64,000 bases of DNA from Candidatus Latescibacterota bacterium (GTDB lineage: Bacteria > Latescibacterota > UBA2968 > UBA8231), in NCBI GenBank assembly GCA_007571365.1, contig RKRN01000143.1, forward strand, positions 2,245-66,244, read 5' to 3'. The stretch's first letter is position 1. Each line of letters begins with the position of its first letter. The notes under the pieces were generated by a model. That model saw only the letters and a list, made by a program, of their open reading frames with translations. It searched no databases and was not told the DNA's origin. This document shows, one piece after another, positions 35,801-45,200 of this stretch. The position numbers and the translations under genes are program-made.

Positions 35801-38800
35801 GGCCGGTAGCTCTGGCTCTTGTCGGTGCCGATGACCGTGACGTCGAGGGCCTCGCGGTCGCCGAGCGGGAAGCGCTCGTCGAGCCGCACTACTTCGTCTT
35901 CCTGCCACTTGTTGGCCACTACTTCCATCAGCGCGATCTCGGCTAGCACGGTGTCGGCTACAGCCGTCTGCGGCCCGCTCGAAAGTATCAGACGTGCGTA
36001 TTCGATGCGGGTGGAGTCGGGCAAGCCCACGCGCTCGACGTGGGGACCGAACAGGGGTACGCGGAGCTGCCGCCAGCCTTTGCTTTGGGTGCCGGCGACC
36101 TCGTAGTGGCTCGACGACAGGTCGACTTCGTAGTGGTAGTAGCTGTTGCGTCGGTCGAGTACGCCGTTGTTGTTGAGGTCTTCGGTGTCCGGGCGGTCGC
36201 CGCTTTCGACGTCTTTTTTGTTGTTCTCGGTGCCGTTGATGTGGCTGTAATCGTGCTTGTTGCGCTGGGAGTCGTATTGCCAGTTGTCGCCCTCGGGGTC
36301 GTCGGGCGAGCGGTTGGGGCGCCGGGAGTCGGGGTCCGGGTAAAGCGCGGCAAAGGCCTGCTTCCGCTCGGCTAGGGAGCGGGTGGTGTCAAACGCGGCG
36401 TCTCGCCGCCGCAAATAGAAGTTTAACTCGGCTTCGTCGTTGCGGCCGTCGATGCCCAAGTCTTCCTCCCGCGACACCAACCCGTCCCCGGCGGCTTGCC
36501 CCGGGTAAGGCTCGTCTTCGGTGTCGAGACGGCCATTGGCGATGTAGTCCTCGTCGATTTGGTCGCCCAAGTTCACGTGTAAGGTCCCCTCGCGGCCCCG
36601 GACCCAGAGCTCCAAAAACTTGGACTCGGACAAGTCGCTGACGGTTGAGAAGGCGAGGGCGATGCCGCCCCAAGACTCGGTGGCTTCAAGGCTCGGCAGC
36701 AGTTTTAACGCCAAGATGTCTGTGCGCCGGTTTTGGGCTTCGACTTGCTCTTCTTGGTTGGGCCAGATGTCGGTGCGGAGGACGCCATCGTAGGGATTGT
36801 ACCAGATGAGCGGGGCGCGATTTTCTGCGCTGAAGCGCCTAGGGGCACTAGCGGGTGCCCAGCGCGTGCGGTTGACCACTAGATTCTTGGCCCCTTCGCT
36901 GGCTTCAAAGTCGTCGATATAGCCGCGCCCCTTGGTATTGAGATTGGGGCGACTTTGCGCGACTTCGGCGTCTAAGGTCACTTCTGAGGGCACGGCCGTC
37001 TTGACCAGCGGCAGCATATCGACGACGCGGGTGAGGATGGGCACTTCGCGCCGGGCACGCACGTCGAGGTTCCATATCACGGTGCGCTTAGGCTCATTGC
37101 CCACTTGCACCCGTTCGTTGCTCCCGGCTCGCTCGTTGTTGTAGATCATGGTGCTGCCCACGCGCCCATCGCCGCCCCAGAACTCGTACTCGGTGCGCAA
37201 GCCCAACAGAGTCTTTTGCTGACTGCCGATGTTGAAGATGTCCTCGGATTCAAAGGAGATTTCCAAGTCCGCGCCGGGGTCGGCTACTTCCTGAGCGACC
37301 GAGCCGATAAACGTCACGCTGCCGCTGAAATCGACTCGGTAGTCCGTGTTTGGGGTCAAGGGGCGGCCGTTTAGCTGGACTTCCACGGTTTCGGGCCGGA
37401 CATTGCCGAAGACGCCGCCCAGCCGAATGCGCTGCTCTGAAGAGGCAGCGCGGACGAGAATTTTGTAGCGGCTGGCCTCGAGCTGGGCGCGCCGCTGCTG
37501 CTCGTCATAGATGGCGGGGACGGGTTCGTTGAGTAGGTCGCGGTATTCGTCAGAGCGCGGATCAAAGGGCCGCTGGTCGGGGAAGATCAAGTGGCCACGG
37601 GAGTCGTCTAGCCCTATGTAGTCGGCGTCAATGACGCGGTCGGGGGCGCTGCCGGGGTCTTTGCCGCGCTCGTCCAAGCCCAAAATCTGCAAGAAGGAGC
37701 GGCCCTGTTGCGAAAGTTGATCCTCTTGGCCGGGTACCTCTTTGGCGATATCGACCTGTAGCGTCTTGGGGTCGAAGCGGCGGCCAGTGGAAAACCCAGA
37801 GGCAATGCGGTACACGTTTTTCCACTCTAGATTCCAAGTGGGAAAACCCGGGCGGGGATTGCGGGCCTTGATCAGCTTCAAGTGCAAAGAGTCGGATTCG
37901 GCTCCCGCTTTGAGCCGCGCCGTCTCCTGTTGGAGTGTGCCGTCGAAGTCCGGCGCATTGGTTTTGAAATGCACGGCCATGGCATAGGGGTCGGATACGG
38001 ACCGATTGAGGATGATAAAACCGGCCTGGGCCACGACCGAGTAGTCGTCGTCCGGGTCGAGCCGATGCCAGGTCCCCTCCTCAAAGCAGCCGCTGTTGCG
38101 CAGGCGATTGCCCGCCGCGTCAAAGCACTCAACGGCGGAGAGGGAGTCGGACCGATCGACCCACGCTGTGCCGGGCCTGGCGAATAGCTCGGCGTCATTT
38201 CGCGTATTGAAGTCGTTGATATAGACTTCGAGGCGGCTGATATCGACGGAGTTTTCCGGGCCAAATTGCCCGCCTTCCGATAGGCTGCGGAAGTCGGTAA
38301 GGTGGGCGCGGTAGAACTCGTGCAAAAAGAAATACGTGTTGCGGAGGTATTGGTAGTCTCGCAGCTGGAGCGTGTCGATGGCCGCGCCGCCTTTGAAGGT
38401 CTGGCGGTTGGACTTGCTCTTTTCGTGGCTGGCTACGGCCGTAAAGGCCAGCGGCCCGACCTGCCCTTTAGCGCGGATGCCAAAGAGGCCCTTGTTCTTC
38501 TGCCGGAAGCCGATGAAGCGCGTGTTGGGCAGCTCTAGGGTGGTGTTGCCGGCCTGCACCTCTTGGAATATGGAGTCTTCCTCGCCGTCGTAGTCGAGCT
38601 TAATCTGGTTGGATAGCTGATCGCCCAAGCTGGAACTAAAGGCCGAGCCGAGGTTTTGGGTGTCTTGATCGATGCGGACGCTGATCAGCTCGCCTACTTT
38701 GCCTTCCACGGTGAAATCGGATTCCTGTTCGATGCCCAGCGAGGGGAACTTGGAGCTGCGGCCAAACGAGGTCTGCACCTCGCCGTCGGTCCACTGGCTC

Positions 38801-39327
38801 TTGCCAGAAATGATAATGGTGCGCGAGCCATTGAGCGCGAGGCTGGGGCCTTCGTCGCCGATAAAGCGCCGCAGGGGCTTGGGAGCGGAAAAGGGCACCG
38901 TCCACTCAAAGCGGCGGCCCCCACGCTGGCGCTGCTGGGAAGCTGTGCTGCGAAAGTCGCGGCGGACTTGCTGGTGCCAAAGCTGTCGGTGCCTCGCTTG
39001 GTATTCCATGCGGAGATAATCGTCTAAGGCCACGGCGACCGTTGGTCCCTCGGCGAATCCACTGACGCGGCGGCCGTAGTGGGCCATGCCCGAGGAGTCC
39101 ACGGCGGCTTGGTACGAGATCGGCGTACGGGCCGGGCCGGACCAAAGCGGCTGGCCAGCACCAAAGGCCGCTTGGTGGCTAGGGGCTGCAAAGCGCTGGG
39201 AAAGCAGGCCGTATAGCGGCTCAAAGTGCAGGCCAGGCTCGGCCCGTACCACGGCCGCGAGCAAGCAAACACACAGCCACGAGAAAAACGCTTGACGGGG
39301 AAAGCGGAGAAACACCTCTAAATTCAC
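32869..39327 (-). CDS. sprA: T9SS outer-membrane translocon SprA (Sov)
   Basis: 2152 aa from a GTG start, with a signal peptide. SprA-signature stretch IKLDYDGEEDSIFQEVQAGNTTLELP...GLFGIRAKGQVGPLAFTAVASHEKSKS. Size and beta-rich composition fit. Confidence 0.85.
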   Translation of the reverse strand: MNLEVFLRFPRQAFFSWLCVCLLAAVVRAEPGLHFEPLYGLLSQRFAAPSHQAAFGAGQPLWSGPARTPISYQAAVDSSGMAHYGRRVSGFAEGPTVAVALDDYLRMEYQARHRQLWHQQVRRDFRSTASQQRQRGGRRFEWTVPFSAPKPLRRFIGDEGPSLALNGSRTIIISGKSQWTDGEVQTSFGRSSKFPSLGIEQESDFTVEGKVGELISVRIDQDTQNLGSAFSSSLGDQLSNQIKLDYDGEEDSIFQEVQAGNTTLELPNTRFIGFRQKNKGLFGIRAKGQVGPLAFTAVASHEKSKSNRQTFKGGAAIDTLQLRDYQYLRNTYFFLHEFYRAHLTDFRSLSEGGQFGPENSVDISRLEVYINDFNTRNDAELFARPGTAWVDRSDSLSAVECFDAAGNRLRNSGCFEEGTWHRLDPDDDYSVVAQAGFIILNRSVSDPYAMAVHFKTNAPDFDGTLQQETARLKAGAESDSLHLKLIKARNPRPGFPTWNLEWKNVYRIASGFSTGRRFDPKTLQVDIAKEVPGQEDQLSQQGRSFLQILGLDERGKDPGSAPDRVIDADYIGLDDSRGHLIFPDQRPFDPRSDEYRDLLNEPVPAIYDEQQRRAQLEASRYKILVRAASSEQRIRLGGVFGNVRPETVEVQLNGRPLTPNTDYRVDFSGSVTFIGSVAQEVADPGADLEISFESEDIFNIGSQQKTLLGLRTEYEFWGGDGRVGSTMIYNNERAGSNERVQVGNEPKRTVIWNLDVRARREVPILTRVVDMLPLVKTAVPSEVTLDAEVAQSRPNLNTKGRGYIDDFEASEGAKNLVVNRTRWAPASAPRRFSAENRAPLIWYNPYDGVLRTDIWPNQEEQVEAQNRRTDILALKLLPSLEATESWGGIALAFSTVSDLSESKFLELWVRGREGTLHVNLGDQIDEDYIANGRLDTEDEPYPGQAAGDGLVSREEDLGIDGRNDEAELNFYLRRRDAAFDTTRSLAERKQAFAALYPDPDSRRPNRSPDDPEGDNWQYDSQRNKHDYSHINGTENNKKDVESGDRPDTEDLNNNGVLDRRNSYYHYEVDLSSSHYEVAGTQSKGWRQLRVPLFGPHVERVGLPDSTRIEYARLILSSGPQTAVADTVLAEIALMEVVANKWQEDEVVRLDERFPLGDREALDVTVIGTDKSQSYRPPPGVKIRRNVQSRTREREQSLVLAYENLEPGHQMSATRILTRSANYTSYERLRMYVYGDSSGTIEYAHGDSSDLVLFVRFGVDSTNYYETISPIFPGWTGGRQGWKGNQVDVDLPVISQLKALLQSGQADTTTGEFYYTYRVMDPHGAPLDGKSLIDQRELEALRAAGYDPHVERFSLDQVYARSGRRSGEQAIYRVRGNPSMQSIKQLSIGLRNRATNRAYSGRIFLDELRLDEARNDPGLAAYAQLNTKLADFANLGGNVLWRQENFRSFTGQGGNSTDREAALSVSTNAQKLLPSSWGFLIPIKVNLSRSTSLPRFGPGSDVELTAEEKLAQQAVRTKEFYDVSISRRQGKNFFLRWTLDQMNLRLSHSREHSSDPVRPINEREAQTLNFNYSMPLPKPELRIMRWLPELAPKGWRRLEFRPLPTSLTYAVNGSRRISQRLRRGDDEITAQEDFTLAETYASKLNPLSGLSANYNLKIDRDLRKKFAPAKRSFGREVGRRQTADLGFSLRLVSWLDQNYTFKANYDEQNDPSQRRGVAPIDSISGLPFNTLEIRNQNDLSARLNFKIPTLLKNLGKAPGQSRQVQQRDDRNRNRNRNIDDDQPTRLKSSDPSAGQSRQARQRDGRDRDRNRNPNLDEDAPPSKEEQSKAKPPQGPNIFRRLAGWTGRLVEPVNASWRRNTNSRHFNLLQRPSLSYQLGLTDSLQVRQVTQGLTLQDNWSHTSSFEAGSGMRLPFGISVKVNSKEQTTQRSGASQQRLRLRNERTYPRVSLSWGRADRIPLIKRVINSAQVNASFETSEVSEGEGSLAPGRLLSEETKNEFRASWNGRWRWGPTTTIERVISTSESRDFEPTGEDSGAQPLRGTRDREQITTTFKITHNLKPRRLPFIGRLKSDVTLNLEQRFEAETRSIATGAEDRVPSSQENRWRTQLSMTYNFSTNFRGEGRIRIENNKDHLKDKTQKIREVRLSGTFFLR
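33895..34062. repeat. Imperfect ~63-bp direct repeat pair with hexamer microsatellite cores inside sprA (encodes R/D/N-rich low-complexity insert)
   Basis: 33895-33957 and 34000-34062 share GTTTCGATT..CGGTCG..TCGCGCTGT.GT.CCTGGCGGCTTTGTCCCG. They encode GQSRQARQRDGRDRDRNRN / GQSRQVQQRDDRNRNRNRN. Confidence 0.7.
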
Positions 39328-39652
39328 ACCTATCGACGTCTATTGTTTGACGCAGTCGCAAGCCCGGAAGCTGGCGGCGTCAAGCCGAATGCGCTCAGCG
39401 TACTGCTCAGCAGTCTCAATTAAAGAGCAGTCTTTCAATTGAGGTTTAGCGGAAACGACTCAGAAGCCTTCATTAGTGTTCGGCCTCGGCCAAAGCAATG
39501 CGCCGAGTGGCTTCTGTATTAACCAAACGCGATAGGCGGTCTCCAAACCCAAAGACAGGAGGATGCTGCCCAGACGGAGCAGGCAACTACCTGAAAACAT
39601 AGCACGTGGCCGAAATTATTTCAAGGAAGCTCTTGCAAAAATCATTCCCGTT

Positions 39653-39677
39653 GCCCGGCGGCGGGCGTGTTTTTTTT
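39653..39677 (+). terminator. Orphan intrinsic terminator on the plus strand, 120 nt upstream of lptF
   Basis: Stem GCCCG (39653-39657) / CGGGC (39662-39666) with loop GCGG, then GTG plus T8 (39670-39677). No plus-strand ORF lies upstream. Confidence 0.5.
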
Positions 39678-39797
39678 AAACGGTGGCCTAAGTCGTTATA
39701 TTTGAGAGAACTAGGTCCGTGCCCGTCCGAATGTGCGCCGCTTGTAACGAGACGCCTTGGGTGCTACACACCACAGTTGCCGTACCCCTTTTGACCC

Positions 39798-41096
39798 ATG
39801 ACGACCTTGTCGCGCTATGTGCTCAAAGAGCACGGTTGGCCCTTTGTGCTCGGCTTTGCGCTGATTCTCTTCATCCTGCTGATCGACGTCGTATTGCAGA
39901 CAATGGACCAGGTGCTGAGCAAGGGGTTGACTCTGCTGGCGGCTCTCCAACTTTTGCTCTTTAACTTGGCTTGGATCGTGGCGCTAGCCGTGCCCATGGC
40001 CGTGCTCGTCGCCGTGCTTATGGCCTTTGCCCGCCTCGCCGCCGACGGGGAAATCATCGCGGCCAAAGCCTGCGGGGTGAGCTTTTGGCTGCTGTTGCGC
40101 CCGGTGTTGGTAGCCGCTTTTTTGCTCACTCTGTTGATGATCCTTTTTAACGACCAAGTCCTCCCAGACTGGAACCACCAAGCCCGCGTCCTGTCGTCGA
40201 GTCTGCAACGGACGAAAGCGGCCTTGGTGTTGCGGGAAAAGGAAGGGGTTTTCATACCCGACTTGGGCGATTATCACCTACTGATCCGCCAGATTGAACC
40301 GGAGACTAACGAGCTGGCTGGCATCGCCCTCTACGACGCCTCGCGCCCCGGGCCGCCGGTGATTGTCCACGCCCTTCGGGGCCGCCTCGCGCTGTTGGGC
40401 GATGGGGCTTACATCCGCTTGGAGCTGGAGGAGGGGCATGTCCAGCGCGTCGAAGCCGGCCCCGAGGAGCACTTTTTCTACGGCACTTTTGCCCGTCAAG
40501 TGCTGCACATCAAAGACGAGCGTCGCCGCTACGAACACCGCTCCTCGTCCTATCGCAGCGACCGCGAGCTAGACATCGCGGCCATGCGCCGCTTGGTGCT
40601 AGAGCGCCGCCGCGAACAGGAGCGGGCCTACGGCCGCCTCGACTCGATTGCGGCGCGTTACCTCGAGCTGCACCAAAGCCAGTTCGCCGACTCTACGGCC
40701 GGTGAGCTAGAGCGAGAAGCGGAACAGGCGGCCGAGGCCCTGCGCCGACAGGGGCGGCACATAGACCGCCGTGCGGGCCGGATAAACGAGTACTGGGTCG
40801 AGATTCACAAGAAGCTATCCATCCCGGCCGCTTGCTTGGTCTTCGCGCTGGTCGGTGCGCCATTGGGTGCGCTGATTCGCCGGCGCGGTGCTGCCGTCTC
40901 CGTCGGCACTAGCCTGTTCTTTTTTTGGATCTACTGGATGTTCCTCATCGGCGGCGAGGAGTTGGCCGACCGCGGCTATATTCCACCGCCGTTGGCGATG
41001 TGGGCACCCAATGGGGTTTTCGCCCTCGTCGGCTGGGGGCTGTTGCGGGTGGTCGCGTACGACCGCGTTGGCCGCCGAGGGACGAAAGAGACCTGA
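39798..41096 (+). CDS. lptF: LPS export ABC permease LptF (YjgP/YjgQ family)
   Basis: 432 aa. LSRYVLKEHGWPFVLGF.., ..ARLAADGEIIAAKACGVSF.., six TM spans around a periplasmic domain. Confidence 0.85.
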   Translation: MTTLSRYVLKEHGWPFVLGFALILFILLIDVVLQTMDQVLSKGLTLLAALQLLLFNLAWIVALAVPMAVLVAVLMAFARLAADGEIIAAKACGVSFWLLLRPVLVAAFLLTLLMILFNDQVLPDWNHQARVLSSSLQRTKAALVLREKEGVFIPDLGDYHLLIRQIEPETNELAGIALYDASRPGPPVIVHALRGRLALLGDGAYIRLELEEGHVQRVEAGPEEHFFYGTFARQVLHIKDERRRYEHRSSSYRSDRELDIAAMRRLVLERRREQERAYGRLDSIAARYLELHQSQFADSTAGELEREAEQAAEALRRQGRHIDRRAGRINEYWVEIHKKLSIPAACLVFALVGAPLGALIRRRGAAVSVGTSLFFFWIYWMFLIGGEELADRGYIPPPLAMWAPNGVFALVGWGLLRVVAYDRVGRRGTKET

Positions 41097-41097
41097 G

Positions 41098-42171
41098 ATG
41101 CACACCCTCGACCTCTATCTGACGCGCCGCTTTCTGTTGTGTCTGGGGATCGCCGTGGTCAGCCTGTTGCTCATTGCGGTGGTTATCGATCTCACCGAAA
41201 ACATCGACACGTTTATCGACTTTGAGGCTCATCTCCAGCAGATCTTGCTCTACTATGTCTATCGGCTCCCGTACTGGCTCATCCTGACCCTGCCCATCGC
41301 CGCGCTGCTGGGTGCGCTCTTTGCCTTGACCAGCTTGGCGCGCCAGAACGAAATCACGGCCATGAAGGCCACCGGCATTAGCCTGTATCGCCTGCTGGCC
41401 CCGGTCTTGGCGTGTGCCCTCGCCGTTGCGGTCGTGGCTTTTTTCTTTACCGATTGGGTGGTGCCGGCCGCCACCTATCGCTACAACCAAATCAACGATG
41501 AGATTAAGTCTTATCACCGCAGCGATGGGTCTCGCCGCCAAGTCCTGCTCCAAGCGGCGGGCAATCAGTTCGTGTACGCCCGCAGCTACGATGCGGGGCG
41601 GCAACGCGCCGACGAAGTGTCTTGGGAGCGGCTGCACGGCAACGCGCCGCTGGAGCGTGCGGTGGCCCGGCGCCTGGAGTGGCGGGAGGGCACGTGGGTG
41701 CTCGTCGAAGGCCGCCGCTTTCGCTTTGCCGCCGGCGAAGCGGTGGCGACTGCTGCCTTCGACACCTTGGCCCTGCCGAGTTTATCGTTGCTCCCCAGCG
41801 ACTTTGCCCGCCAGCAGAAAGATCCCGAGGAAATGAGCTACGCCGAGTTGGCCGACTACATCGCCCGCGCCACGCTCAACGGGGAGGACGCCACGCGCCA
41901 GCGCGTCGATTTGCACCTGAAAGTCTCCTTTCCCCTGACCAACTTCATCATCATCGTCCTCGGCGCGACCTTGGGCACCAATGCCCGTCGAGCTGGCTTG
42001 GCCAACAGCTTCGGCTTGGGGGTTCTGATCTGCTTTGTTTATTACAGTTGCGTCAAGGCCGGCCAAGCCCTCGGTTGGAATCAAATCCTCTCGCCTTGGC
42101 TAGGCGCGTGGATAGCCAACCTATTGTTTGCCGCCTTGGCCTTGGTGCTGCTGTGGCGCGTACATAAATAA
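41098..42171 (+). CDS. lptG: LPS export ABC permease LptG (YjgP/YjgQ family)
   Basis: 357 aa from ATG 41098, 1 nt after the lptF stop. LDLYLTRRFL.. and ..LARQNEITAMKATGISLYRL. The track ORF start at 40888 overlaps lptF, so I rejected it. Confidence 0.85.
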   Translation: MHTLDLYLTRRFLLCLGIAVVSLLLIAVVIDLTENIDTFIDFEAHLQQILLYYVYRLPYWLILTLPIAALLGALFALTSLARQNEITAMKATGISLYRLLAPVLACALAVAVVAFFFTDWVVPAATYRYNQINDEIKSYHRSDGSRRQVLLQAAGNQFVYARSYDAGRQRADEVSWERLHGNAPLERAVARRLEWREGTWVLVEGRRFRFAAGEAVATAAFDTLALPSLSLLPSDFARQQKDPEEMSYAELADYIARATLNGEDATRQRVDLHLKVSFPLTNFIIIVLGATLGTNARRAGLANSFGLGVLICFVYYSCVKAGQALGWNQILSPWLGAWIANLLFAALALVLLWRVHK

Positions 42172-42174
42172 AAA

Positions 42175-42200
42175 GGCCGTTCGTCGACGGACGAACGGCC
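42175..42200 (-). terminator. Intrinsic terminator between convergent lptG and the hypothetical gene
   Basis: 11-bp stem GGCCGTTCGTC / GACGAACGGCC with loop GACG. On the minus strand it is followed by TTTTTATTTAT. Confidence 0.75.
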
Positions 42201-42234
42201 CTTGGGGAGACTCGGATCGGATTGGAACAAATGC

Positions 42235-43218
42235 TCAGCGGATGCCTTGCTCTAGGTGATAGATCTTGAGTTTGAGCGAAGCCGAGCGAGACTTCCAATT
42301 TTCTAGCAAGGCGGCCGCTTGCTGCCCTGCTTGGCCGTCGAGCCTCCCACTTAATCCGACTAATAGCTGTGCTAGGCGAGCGACCTTGTCTTCGGAGGCC
42401 CCGGAAGTGAGCCGCTCGAAGTGGCCGATTAAATCGGCGTCCGACGAGGTGTCGGCGCGTTGGACAATTCGGTGCAGGAAGCGGGCGTGGTTGCGAACGA
42501 AAGCCGCGTCCTCGCCGCACTTGCTGAGCAAGTGGCGAAGCAGCTTGGCCGATGGAGCTTCTTGGAGAACTTCAGCGGCTATCCGTGCTGTCCGTTGCCA
42601 GACGCGGGTGGTTTGCGGCAGCCCGGGCTCGACAAAGAGCGCGAAGAGCGGTATCTGCGGCAAGTGCGCCAAGAATGCGCGCAAGAGGCTCTCCTTGGGG
42701 TCGCACTTGAGGAGGCAATCAACTGCATAGGGCACCATAGATGGATGGGTGCGGCGAATTTTGTCGAGTAACACGGCCGCGATGTCGGCTGGGAGACCAG
42801 CCGCTAGCGCCGCAGAGATCGGCGCGAAGGTCTGGCGGCTGATCGGTACGCCTCGCGCTGCTTCGCGGGCGACCGCGCGCTCTTTGCTGGTCAAAAATTG
42901 GGCGACTTCGTCGCATTGGCGCAGGGCTTGCACCAAGGCCGTGGCTAGTCGGGAATCGAGCTCCTCGTGGGCCAACCGCACGATCCGGCGCAGCAAGCGC
43001 AGCGAAGACAGCCAAGAGCGGTGCTCGCTCAAGACGTTGATGGCCGCTAGCCGTCGGCTGTCGCCCGAGTCCTCGGCAATGGTCAAGAGTTGCTCCAAAT
43101 CATCCGCGCTGAGCACCGGCCCATGTAGTGGGGCCTGTTTGTCGTGGAGCAATTGATCTAGCGATGTTGCGGTGCTCGGCGCAGCCTGTTGGGGCAAGTC
43201 GCGGATGTCCAATACCAT
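42235..43218 (-). CDS. Hypothetical all-alpha (HEAT/ARM-like?) protein
   Basis: 327 aa, Leu/Ala/Arg-rich helical composition, no motif recognised. Confidence 0.65.
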   Translation of the reverse strand: MVLDIRDLPQQAAPSTATSLDQLLHDKQAPLHGPVLSADDLEQLLTIAEDSGDSRRLAAINVLSEHRSWLSSLRLLRRIVRLAHEELDSRLATALVQALRQCDEVAQFLTSKERAVAREAARGVPISRQTFAPISAALAAGLPADIAAVLLDKIRRTHPSMVPYAVDCLLKCDPKESLLRAFLAHLPQIPLFALFVEPGLPQTTRVWQRTARIAAEVLQEAPSAKLLRHLLSKCGEDAAFVRNHARFLHRIVQRADTSSDADLIGHFERLTSGASEDKVARLAQLLVGLSGRLDGQAGQQAAALLENWKSRSASLKLKIYHLEQGIR

Positions 43219-43437
43219 AGGTTTTTGATCCTCATAGCTGTGCCAAAACGAGCGGCACAGTTAGCTAATTAACTTTCGGGAACTGCTCTTGTGAATTAAC
43301 TGACGTTACTCATCGTCGCCGAACTGCTGGGTCATTTAGCCAACCGGCCCCAAGGCTGGCTCGACAACTCAGTTAAATGATCTGCCGGTGTAGTTAGTGG
43401 GGCGTGATTCAGAATTCGCTTCGCAACCATAGCTTTT

Positions 43438-45200
43438 TCATCTTAGCAGGGTAACTTTTTGCACGCTGGATTGGCCCTGCCACGTCCACCGCAGCAGATA
43501 TACACCCGAAGCAACGGGCCGGCCTTGGTCGTCGCGGGCGTCCCACTCCACAGCATGGCTGCCCGCCGGCAAAGCATCCATATCCAGCAGCGTCCGCACC
43601 GGCTGGCCGGCCGTCGCCGTGAAATTACGCGGGCGCCCCGGCTTGCGCTTGACCACCACAGACTGGTCGCCGCAGTTGAGCAAGGTCACATTGGTCTGTG
43701 TTAAGGTGCCGCCGGCCTCGGCCTGTACGCAGTGGACGCCGTCGCGAACCGTGACATTCGTCAGCGTCGCGCTGCCGCCTGAGCGGACGCGGATACCAGA
43801 CCATTCGTTGGCCGCTGGATTGTCGTTAGCCGAACGGAAGGTGATGTTGCCCGCGCTGGCGATGAGCGTACCCGCGACGATCAGTTCGGCCTTGTTGGAG
43901 TCGGTGCCGCCGTTGGTATCATCGCGGTTGGCGAGAAATAAGACCTCTGTCCCCGAAGCGAGGGTCAGGGTAACACCCGAAGGAATCGTCACGTCGCCAG
44001 TGACCCGTATTGTGCCGCTCCACGTCAAGGTTTGCCCGGAGCGCACCTGCAAGGGACCGGACCACTCGGTCAGAGCCCGATACGCATTAACCCGGCCGCT
44101 CCCTATTCGTCCACTCCAAGGCCGACCCCTATTGGCGGCACGGATGTCGTCGGTGGTATGCTCAATCTGTCGACGCACCCCGGCATTCGACAGAGCCGGA
44201 TACTTAGACCAGACTAACGCGGCGATGGCCGAAACTTGGGCAGCCGAAATAGAAGGCGTGGTCCCCTTCGTGGACCAAGATATATGCTCTCCGGTCTCGG
44301 CGTTATACGCTACGGTTGGCACGTCCTCCACCGGGGCCGAGACATCTATGTAGGCTCCATAGCCGGCGTCGCGACCTTTAACATCATCAGATGTAACCCC
44401 TGTGACAGCGATGACATTATTGTAGCCCGCCGGACAACCGATGGCATCGGTGTTTTCTCGGATCGCAATTCCTACAAACACCGCACGCCCTGTATCCCAC
44501 TCCTTATTGATGGATTTTTCGAGCATAGGACGATCTGAAGGATAGACCCAACTCATATTGAATACAATCGGCGAGGTTGTGTTCCCCATAGCCCACTCAA
44601 TGGCACTCATCGCCCTCGCATAGTTTATGCTTCCGCCGCGACCATCAGGATGATCCCCGCCGACCCGTAGAGCCATCAATTGAACGCCTGTTGTGGATTC
44701 CCATCCGCCTGCCAGCCCGGCAACGGATTGGCCATTATGCGTCCGAGCAGCAATCACGCCAGCCATTTGAGTGCCATGGGAGTAAACACCGCCCCCCTCA
44801 TGCTGTGGCTCTCCATCAGATAAAGATAATTCAAGCTCGCTAACGCGATATGCTCATTGGCGGCGTAGGTGCCAACCAGATTCTGCTCCTCGCCTTTGGG
44901 TATCTTGAGCACATATCTTCTGTCGGCTAAGGAACTGACGTGGCGAGCCGGCGATTCGCCTATCGCCAAGACCCCTTTGCGAGCATGGAGCGAATCTAAG
45001 GTAGTTAGCCCCATCCGAACCGCGTTATCCGACGAGTCGATGGCTAGGTGTGCTTGTGCTTCGGACGACTCCTTTAACATGATGATAATTTGTCCCGGCA
45101 TATAATCTACGCCTGACACGAGAGACGCCTCATCTTGGCCAGCAATTGGAACTGAAAGAACGATGCCTAAGAAAAGAGCGACTAGGACACTTGTCTTCAC
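43438..45200 (-). pseudogene. Subtilase (S8) T9SS cargo gene, frame-broken and lacking the catalytic Asp segment
   Basis: The prodomain part (44754-45200, GTG start with AGGAG upstream) and the catalytic/beta-helix/CTD part (43438-44766) are in different frames. HGTQMAGVIAA is present. The Ser motif is aberrant (GTTPSISAAQVSA). C-terminal T9SS-type sorting domain ..SGVYLLRWTWQGQSSVQKVTLLR. Confidence 0.7.

Noticed and set aside
32869-39327. Dozens of 60-200-aa ORFs antisense to or out of frame with sprA (e.g. 33734-34219, 34904-35509, 35988-36353), and similar shadow ORFs inside every other large gene
   Set aside because: These are typical high-GC shadow ORFs. They have Arg/Pro/Ala/Gly-dominated composition and no RBS, and they are fully nested in genes with clear homology.
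39606-39794. 62-aa ORF in the sprA-lptF intergenic region, and a 39-aa ORF starting at the AGGAGGATG at ~39559
   Set aside because: There is no usable spacing between the SD-like sequence and the ATG. The reading frames run through the terminator hairpin and T-tract, and the composition is non-protein-like. I treated the region as non-coding RNA or regulatory.
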